In this document: piece by piece, positions 55,856 to 64,000 of the stretch
Layout: each line of letters begins with the position of its first letter
How positions within the stretch are numbered: position 1 is the stretch's first letter
DNA from: Camelus ferus
Lineage: Eukaryota
DNA: 64,000 nucleotides
Direction: 5' to 3'
NCBI RefSeq assembly: GCF_009834535.1
Contig: NC_045696.1
Location: 2,482,001 to 2,546,000 of the forward strand
Made by a program: the position numbers and the translations under genes
Notes under the pieces: model-generated
What the model was told of the DNA's origin: nothing
The model's database searches: none
The model's input: only the letters and a program-made list of their open reading frames with translations

Positions 55856-57949
55856 TTCTGCCCTCCTGGGGCTTCCCCAGCACTGTGGCTGCAGGGCCCA
55901 CAGGCCAGTCCCTGCTGCTCCCCTCTCCCAGGTCCAGGGGCGGACACGGCCCCTCCCCTGCTACCCCCAGGGCACCGCGCATCCCTGCCTCGCTTCCAAA
56001 GGCCTGTCTACATGCTTGCAAACTGTCCCTTTAGTCAACCTCCTCAAACATCCCAGTTTGACTGTAACCTCTATTTCCTGTCCAGCCCACACCTGGAAAC
56101 TTCTTCCCCTCCAGTCAAGGCTTGGCCCCTGCCCTCAGGGGGGACCTTCCCCAGTCTTTCCCAGTTGGAGGAATCTGGAAGCAGCTCTCACTTTCCCCTC
56201 AGATTTATCCTAAGTGGCACCGGTGACTGGGGCTTAACAGAACGCAGGCAGATGCAAACGCTTTCTGTTCTCTTTTCACTGGGGGTCAAGACGCTCCACC
56301 AGTCATCACTTGTGGGCTGGCGTGTTAGGAAGTGCTGCCCAGGGCAACAGGTCGCCCACTCAGCCTCGCCTCTGTGCGCGGAAAGCTCATCTCAGGGGGC
56401 CCAGGAGCCACATTCCCCGGGAGGGAGGGGCCTGAGCGCTCCCGGGACGCCCTGGCCCCACCCCCAGCCCCGTGTGCAGGACGGGTTCTCGTGCCGCACT
56501 CTGGGAAATTCCCCGGAGCAGGGATTTCCTCAGCGCATCCCCGGAATATTGCTTTCCTGCCGCAGGAAGCGCAGGAGGCCAGGCTCTTCCTGGCCGGGGT
56601 TCCCCGGCCCAGCCTGGGCGCCCCTGACGTCCCGCTCGCACACCTGGCCTGGGTCCTGTGGAACCCGGGGCCGCGCCAGCCAGCCCCCAGGTGCCCTGGG
56701 CCGGGGCTGGAGGCTGCCTTTGTTTAAACGTTTGGTGTTTTGTTCCTCATGAATTTTGCACTCATTTTGATTTTTAAAAACGTTGCCCTCAGTCAGCACT
56801 GATTTTGGTCAGTGAGTTTTTGGAATCCCCCCGCGTAAGCTCTGGGCCAGTGTCTGGTTTCCATCCTGGAGTCACGCGGCACACGGGGCAGAGTGGGGCC
56901 TGTGAGCAAGGTCGGGGCCCACGAGGGCCCGGGACCCTTGGCCATTTGCACAGGGCCGTCTCCTGCAGGGCTGAGCCCCCAGGGGTGGGCACCGGTGGTC
57001 TTGCCTGGAGCCAGTGCCAGGACCTGTGAGCAGTCCACGTGAGGGGCCTGGCCAAGAGGGCAAAGGGCAGCCCTAAGGGACACAGAGTGGCCACAAGAAA
57101 CCTGCTTGTCCTGTGCTGGTCACTACCCTGGGCAATGACAGGGCAGTGCTGGGGACGGCTGGGGGCTTCCGAGGCAGAAAAGGCCGGTTGGTTGGGGCGG
57201 GTCCTCCCAGAAGTGGGTCAGGGGCTCCAGCACAGCCACAGTGGCCTCTCATCCCAGGTGGCTCTGCTCCCCCAGCCCTGGGCTGGACTCCTCTAGGGCA
57301 GGAAGCTTGCCCTGCCTGGTTTGAAGCTTTTGCCTCTGTCAGCAATGTAAGAACCTGTCTCTGCCCTGCTCTCTGGTACCCGGGTCTCCCTGAAGCACAT
57401 TTGGGGTGTTGGCATGAATAGTGTGTTTGGAAGCAGGTCCGTAAACAGATCTGACCCCAGACGTGCAGAGTGCAGAGGCCATTTCTCCCCATTGCCCCTG
57501 CAGTGTTCTTCCCAACCCTAGTCCTGGGACAGCCCAGGCTGCGGACGGAAAGGCAGCACGCGGGCAGGAGAGGGGTCTCCATGAGGACGCGGCAACAGAC
57601 AAGCACCCCGGTGTCTGCGGCAGGCTGAGACTGTGAGGTTCCCGGGGGCTGCCCTCCCCAGCTTTCTGCTGTCTGTCCTGCACGGCTGACCTGGCTCAGG
57701 GTTGTCCAGAGAATACCTCCCACCGGACAGAAGACAGTCTGCAAGTGGGGCCAGGGGCCAGCTGTCAGGGCGCCGGGCCACTGCTTGTCCTGGAGAGGAG
57801 CTGGCTCCTGGCCTGCAGTTCCCCCAGCGGGCCTGTCCATGGTGAGAGAGCAGGCCTGGGGCCAGAAAGCCCCTGGCAAGGCTGGGAGAGGAGGAAGGGG
57901 ACCCATCCACTTTGTTTTATATTAACACAGCTTCAATGGCTTTCTCATG

Positions 57950-59340
57950 GTTAGAGTCTGCCTGGTTCTTCTCTCCCTTTTAAAAACACTTGTTGATCTA
58001 TTTGTGTCCTGATACTTTAACTGTGCCTCTCGGTAACAGCATGTGGTAGACTCATGATTTCCTTGTACAGTCAGATAAGCTCTGCCCTTTCAGTAGAATA
58101 TTTAGTCCATTTACATGTAATGTAATGAGTTGATGCAGTTGGCCCAAGTCTCCCGTCTGCTGCCATGTCCCCGTCTGCCCCACCTCCTCTTTCATCCTTT
58201 CTGGACCTTCCTGGTGCCCTCTCTGTTTTTCTGCATGTCTATGCTCACATCTGGGATCACTTTCCTTGAGCCTGAAGGACTTCTTCTGGCCCTATTTTTG
58301 TTGTGTACGTTGGCTGGTGGTAAACTCCTTCAGTTTGTGCTCGTCTGAAAGTATGTTTGTTTTGTACTCATTTTGGAAGGATGTGGTCACGGGTGTGGAA
58401 CCCTGGGCTGGAAGTCCCCTCCATCAGCACTCTGAAGCTGGGTTAATTGTCTCTGGCTCCCATCATTCCTAACCAGAAGGCACTCGTCATTTTGATTATG
58501 GTTCCTCCAGAGGCGACATGTTGCTTTCCTCTGGCTGCTTCTAGGGTTTTCTCTGCACTTTTAGTTCTTAGCAACTTCACTACGATGTGCCTGGGGGTGG
58601 CCTCCTTTGTCTTTATCCTCTTCAGGTTTCGCTAGGCTCCTTACATCTGTGGGGTGATGTCTTTTTATCAATTTTGAAAAATTCACAGCCATCAACTCTT
58701 GAAATATTTATTCTGTCTCATCCTCTCGTCTCCCTCTGGGGCTCCCATTACATGTATGTGTGTGTGACAGACTATTTGTTTTTACCTCACATGCCTCTCT
58801 AATAGTCTGGTCTTTTTTTTTTTTTTTTTTTTTCCATTTTTTTTCTCTCCATGCTTCTCTTTGGATAATCTCTATTGACCTGTGTTTGCCCAAAACGTAT
58901 TGTTTGAAGTCATGTGATGTGATGGCCTTGTATTCACTAGTCTTGCTCACTGAAGCACAAACCTGGTGTGTTTCTCTTTGTCTTACTGTCCTTTCTTCTG
59001 CTGCGAGGCCCGTGCAGCCGCTCCTTTGGTTCCAACTCTGAGCTCTCGGTGTAGGATGCCCACTGGTTCTCTTTCATAGTTTCCACTTCTCTGTTGAAAA
59101 TTCTCCAACTCTTAATTTATTTTATATATTCCTCTGAAATCTAATATACTTTCAGTAGCTGTTTTAAAGTCATTATTCACTGACTTTCAGAGCTGGGTTG
59201 TGTGCAAGTCTGCTTCTGTCACCAAATTTCTCCTCTTGATGAAGGGTCACCTTTTTCTAATTTTTCTCATATCTTGTAATTTTTGATTGTCTTCTGCACA
59301 TTGTGTTTAAAAGAACTGCAGGCATTGGAGTGAATATTAC
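57950..59340 (-). mobile_element. Degraded LINE-1 remnant (ORF1/inter-ORF region), with poly-T at ~58812-58843
   Basis: atttagtccatttacatgtaatgtaat; ctggtggtaaactccttcagtttgtgctcgtctgaaagt; cttcactacgatgtgcctggg; attttgaaaaattcacagccat. Confidence 0.75.
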
Positions 59341-59913
59341 TTTCCCAAGGGAAGGCCCACTCTTTGCTCTGTGAGGCAGCTAAGTGGGGGCTGGTTACTC
59401 AATCCACTCAGGGGAAGGCCTTCTTTATCCTAAAAACACCAGCAAAACAATATTGACCACAAACACCAGAAGAACAAAACTCCAGAACTCCTCTCCTGGT
59501 TTTCCTGCCTGGCTCCTCTTTTTCTGACTTCTTCTGACTCAAATCTTCAAAGTCTAACTTTGAGGTCGGAGCCTGTCCCTGGCCCTCTGTGCTTCCGCAT
59601 CCTGGTCCCTCAGTCACCCCTGTGGCTCCAGCCTCTTTTGCCCACATTCACATGCCCTGCTCATCCCTGCCCCACACTCCCAGGCTGCCAACCTCTGCGG
59701 ATGCTGCCTCTGAAGCCTCTCTTTTCCCCAGTCACCTATTCTGGGGACCACATGCGTGGCCATCACCAACTCTCTTTTTCTTTTTTCTCCCCATCATTTA
59801 TTTCCTCTCTAAGTCTATATATGATTCTGTCATAATGTCTTTCAAATGTGTCCCTTTTTTCCTCAATTTTGCTGCCAGAACCTGAATCCAGGCTCTTACC
59901 ATCTCAGTTCTGG

Positions 59914-59952
59914 GATGATGGAGATGATGATGATGATGATGAAGACAATGAT
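59914..59952. repeat. (GAT)n trinucleotide microsatellite
   Basis: gatgatggagatgatgatgatgatgatgaagacaatgat. Confidence 0.85.
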
Positions 59953-61624
59953 ACACTTCGTTATCGCAGCCATGGAAACTAACACACGAGGAGAGAGAGG
60001 AAATGAAACTCCCTTCAACCTCCCCCCACCTCCCTGCCACACACACACAATGTTTCCAAAGTGCTGGAGCAAAACCAGTGATGGATCACTTGCTCTATTT
60101 GCTGTCAAGGAAACAGAGCGAGCAGGCAACCTGACTGGCTGTGTCTGCACCCATGACTCAGGTCCCCAGAGAGGCAAAGGGAAGGAGGAAGCCCATCCAA
60201 AACTGACAGGGGCCATGGAACGAGGGTGGGCAGGTCTGAATGGAGACCAGGAGAACAGAAGAGAGACTCTTTCAGAGGGTTTCTAGCAACAGGCTTAGTC
60301 CCTGGGTGTCAGGTAGCAGACAGAATGCAGTTCCCCATTGTGTGGCCTGAGTGGTCTCGTCCTCTCCTTGCAGCCCACCTTTCCTCTTCTGTCAAGTGGG
60401 GAGAATAGAGTTAACATAAGGAAACACCCAGTGTAGTTCTGCCACGTGGTGAGCCACCAGGGATGACAGCGTGGACACCAAACCCTCAATCAGTGGGATA
60501 AACACCAGCCTAAGACACTGAGCCTCTCAGTGAATATAGTCTGGAAATTCCAGAACACATCTCAGGAAATGGAGAGGACCAGAGAAGCCCAGCCACATGG
60601 GCATCACTTTCACGCCCACTGAGGAGGAGATCCTGGGGCCACAGCTAGCTGCCAGAGGGGAGCTTCCTGCCTTGACCTCTCATGGTGTCCATGTCGGAGC
60701 TCCCATCACAATGCGTTACAAGTACCTTCTAACATGCTGTGTCCATTCGAATGCCTGGGGCTGCCAACAACAGAGTATTTAACTCAGCCTGGTTCAGTTG
60801 ACAAGCTTGCGGTGAGAGGTTCCGGAGGTCTGCATTGGGAATCAGCTAACAAGGAAGAAAGGGGAGGCTTGACTCCCTCAGACCCTGCACACAGCACTCT
60901 GCCCCTGGCCCCCAGCTCTGGGATGTCCCCAGAGCCAGAGGGGCCACTGTCACCATGGAAACAGCTCCCTCCTAGACTACCTCCTGCCCCTGCCCACCCT
61001 CCCCTAATACCAGCCCCCGGAGGCCTTGCCAGAGGCTGGGCTCGCTGCTAGGGGCTTGGTGTCTAACAGGCCCCATGTCTCTACATTGGCCTCATCGGTT
61101 GTCACAGGTCTCATCCCTGCGTGGAGCTCTCCTGGATCTCCTCATGGTGACCCCTTGCTGGAGGACATGAGCCAGGTCTGGGAATTCGAGGTCAGTGGGA
61201 CAGGCCTGGCCCTGGGCTGCGGGAGGCCATGGGGGCACAGGGGGAACCACAGTGGCACAGCCCAGCCTGCCAGGGGCTATGGTGGAAGATAATGAAATGA
61301 GCCTGACAGGGCAGGCTCAGCAGGCTTCCTGGAGGAGGTGACATCAGCAAGGCGTCTGGAAGAACTTGTAATACTTGTCAGATGAAGAAGGGGAGAAGCA
61401 CGTGAGGCAGGAGAGGGTGTGTGAGTGAGGGGAAAGGTCCTAGGGTGGTGGGGGGGGAGCTGGGAGCAGTTTGAGGAGCTGGAGTCGGGTAGGGAAGGGC
61501 AGCCCAGACTCTGCTCCCCAGACCTCAGGATGGACATGAAGTGTGTGAAGTCGCTGCCACGCGAGGAAAGCAGCTATTTCCCAGCTCATCAGGTAAACGG
61601 CTGTTTTAAAACCAGCCTTCGTGT

Positions 61625-61810
61625 ACGCACTGCTGTACATAAAACAGATAAACAAGGACCTGCTGTACAGCACAGGGAACTCTGTTCGATATCTTGAAAT
61701 AACCTACAAAGGAAAAGAATCTGAAAAATACGTATACATGTATGACTGAATCACTTCGCTGTACACCTGAAACTAGTACCACATTGTAAATCAACTATAC
61801 TTCAAAAAAA
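61625..61810 (+). mobile_element. Cetartiodactyl-type LINE-1 3' end (L1_Art-like), 5'-truncated
   Basis: aaacaaggacctgctgtacagcacagggaact...ataacctacaaaggaaaagaatctgaaaaa...actgaatcacttcgctgtacacctgaaacta...cattgtaaatcaactatacttcaaaaaaa. Confidence 0.88.
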
Positions 61811-63759
61811 TTGGCCTTAAACCCCAGTAAAGAGATCCCCGGAATTATTTCACTCCCTGTGGCACCCAGTAGGAGGAGGACACATGGCGAGCCCTGGCCC
61901 CGGGGAGGGCACCTTCACCTTTATTCTGATTGGAGCTCCCCCTCCACGTGGTTGTGGCTGTCGGGGCCAGGAGTCAGCCCCTCTGGGACTTGTTCCCCTC
62001 TGTGGGTGCCATCACCCCTAGACCAGGGGATCCACGGCTCAGATGGGCCTTGGTGAGGTTGGTTCTCTCAGTGCCTCACCCCCTGGGCCCCAAACCGACT
62101 TGCGTTGCCCCCTCCCAGCTGTATCCCCTCCAGCCCCAGGAGCGGCCGTCACAGAGCTGCTCCCAGCCTGTGTCCACAAGGCAGGAGTGTGTGCCCTTCC
62201 GTTGTGGCTGTGAGACTCATCTGGCCAGTGGAGGTGAGCTGGGTGACATAGGACATCGAGGGTGGCCTTTAGGGCCCTGCACCTTATCTCCAGGTCTCCC
62301 TCCATCTCCTGCAATGGTAACCGCAGGTTCCACGAGTGTCCACTGTGATAGGTGCTCCTGCAAGTGAGAAATAAATCAGGAGGCCTTCAGCCTCTGAGAC
62401 CTTGGGGCTGCTTGTTACATCAGCATAACTTCTCCTGTTGTGACTGACGAAGGCCTGGCCCTCCACCCGCAACCTGCTGTTCTGGAAGCGGAGGCGCATC
62501 CTGGCCGCTCCTCCTTCCTCAGCCCCCGCCGGGCACAGACAGTCACGGGGATGAGGGACACAAGCCCCGGGCCCCTCTGCCCGGCCCCTGTCACCCGCCC
62601 CACTGCTCCCTGGCAGGCCTCCCCACGTCTCAATGCTGTGAGCCACCAGCCTTCAGGAGGGTGAGGGCAGAGCGCTGGGTTCCCTCGCCTGTCTTCCCTC
62701 CGTGCGCCCTCGGGAACCCCGCCTCGGCCCCTCCTTTCTGGCCCAGACCTCATCCCGTGAAGGCTGGCCACACAGCCCCGGCTCCAGGCTCTTTCTCAAG
62801 GCTGTTGCTTCACTCAGTGCCTGCGCACATCTCCGCCCGCTCACGCTGCTGCGGGTGTGGACACTGCTCTCCAGGGGAAGCCTCCTACACTCTGTGCGGG
62901 TGACTGTCAACCTCATTTGAGGGAGGCTGGGGAGGGGACAGGAGGGACACAGGGCTGGCTGCTCCTGTTAGGGCTGCTCCTGTCCACTGCCCCCGTGCCA
63001 CCTACTACGCGCCACCTGCAGACCTGGGCTGGACTTTCTCTAAGACCCGGGAGCAAAATCCACTGAAGGCCTGAAGAGACCAAGGCCTTTGTCCTCCGGG
63101 GGTGGTTCCCCCGGACCTGTCCCCCCATCAGGGAGCCCTCTCTTCTCTGCACGTGCTGTTTCTGGGCGATGCTCAGGGAGCCACAGGCCTCTGAATGCAG
63201 GCTCAGGCCTCCGAGAAGGCGGGGCCTCGCACAGGGGAAGCGTGGAACCCCAGCCCTCTTGAGTTGGCATAAACTTTGCCAAAGTGAAGTACTCCACTAT
63301 AACCAGCTATAGCACCACTCCTCCACTCTGGACCCCTCCCTGCCCCAAGGTACGTCCCCTTGGAGGAGGCCCCAGGCAGGTGAGGACTGAGTGCTGGGGC
63401 CACATCTAGCTAGGGTGCAGTGAGGTGTCTGCACTGATGATCTTTGGCTGCCTCTGGGTGCACCTAAGTCTTCACCATCCGGAGCACAGATGGCCTGCCG
63501 CCCCTTCCTCAGAGGCCGTGACACACAGGCTGCGAGGTCAGAGGTCAGGTCTGGACCCCAGCACGTCCAGCGGGTCGTGGTCCTGGGAGTGTGCGCACAG
63601 GACAGGAGAAACCGGTTCTGGGACCACAGCCAGAGCTCGCCTGTGGAATGTTCCTCCAAATCTGACAGCTGGTATGAAAACAGAACAGAACACCTGGGCA
63701 GAGGTTTTCCGAAATCTGATTATGCTAAAAACACCCTTGACATCATCAGGAAAGAAACT

Positions 63760-64000
63760 TTTTTTTTTAACATTTTTTTTATTGATTTATAATCATTTTA
63801 CAAGTGTTGTGTCAAATTCCAGTGTAGGGCACAATTTTTCAGTTATAAGTGAACATGTGTATATTCATTGTCACATTTTTTTCTCTGTGAGCTACCATAA
63901 GATCTTGCATATATTTCCCTGTGCTATACAGTATAATCTTGTTTATCTATTCTACAATTTTGAAATCCCAGTCTCTCTCTTCCCACCCTCCACCCCCTTG
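63760..64000 (-). mobile_element. Younger lineage-specific LINE-1 3' end (runs off the window)
   Basis: Poly-T tail then attgatttataatcattttacaa..gttgtgtcaaattccagtgta...atttccctgtgctatacagta; little apparent decay. Confidence 0.8.

Noticed and set aside
55603..56213. Cys/Val- and His/Thr-repeat ORFs
   Set aside because: Translations of the GT microsatellite.
59846..60286. ORF with a poly-Met run
   Set aside because: The Met run comes from the (GAT)n microsatellite; no other coding signal.

Overview
Mammalian genomic DNA, GC- and CpG-rich. It is probably camelid, inferred from a tRNA-Ala-derived SINE at 55058 and cetartiodactyl-type L1 3' ends. The only protein-coding gene I can support is a complete, intact SIK1 (salt-inducible kinase 1) on the + strand. 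It has a CpG-island promoter with a CRE cluster (~26.7-27.9 kb), a non-coding exon 1 and 13 coding exons: join 27734-27889, 28349-28465, 30973-31036, 31201-31362, 31496-31620, 31701-31824, 32483-32706, 32938-33084, 33536-33658, 33771-33987, 34525-34800, 35428-35662, 36144-36528. That is 2355 nt (784 aa + stop); all introns are GT-AG and in phase. A ~1.9-kb 3'UTR ends at AATAAA 38388-38393. The flanks are intergenic: old MLT1 (MaLR) LTRs, L1/L2/MIR remnants, a Tigger1-derived element, a 16-bp minisatellite, microsatellites and several enhancer-like motif clusters. Almost all other ORFs in the track are GC-content noise. I did not find a convincing new biological system. The best leads are regulatory or evolutionary: RFX/CRE interleaving at the promoter, a possible overlapping uORF, a miRNA-site-dense 3'UTR with G-quadruplex tracts, an AT-to-GC drift visible in fossil repeats and in the kinase domain, a locally duplicated transposon fragment and a triple NF-kB cluster. 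Repeat family names and human comparisons come from recalled consensus sequences, not database searches.
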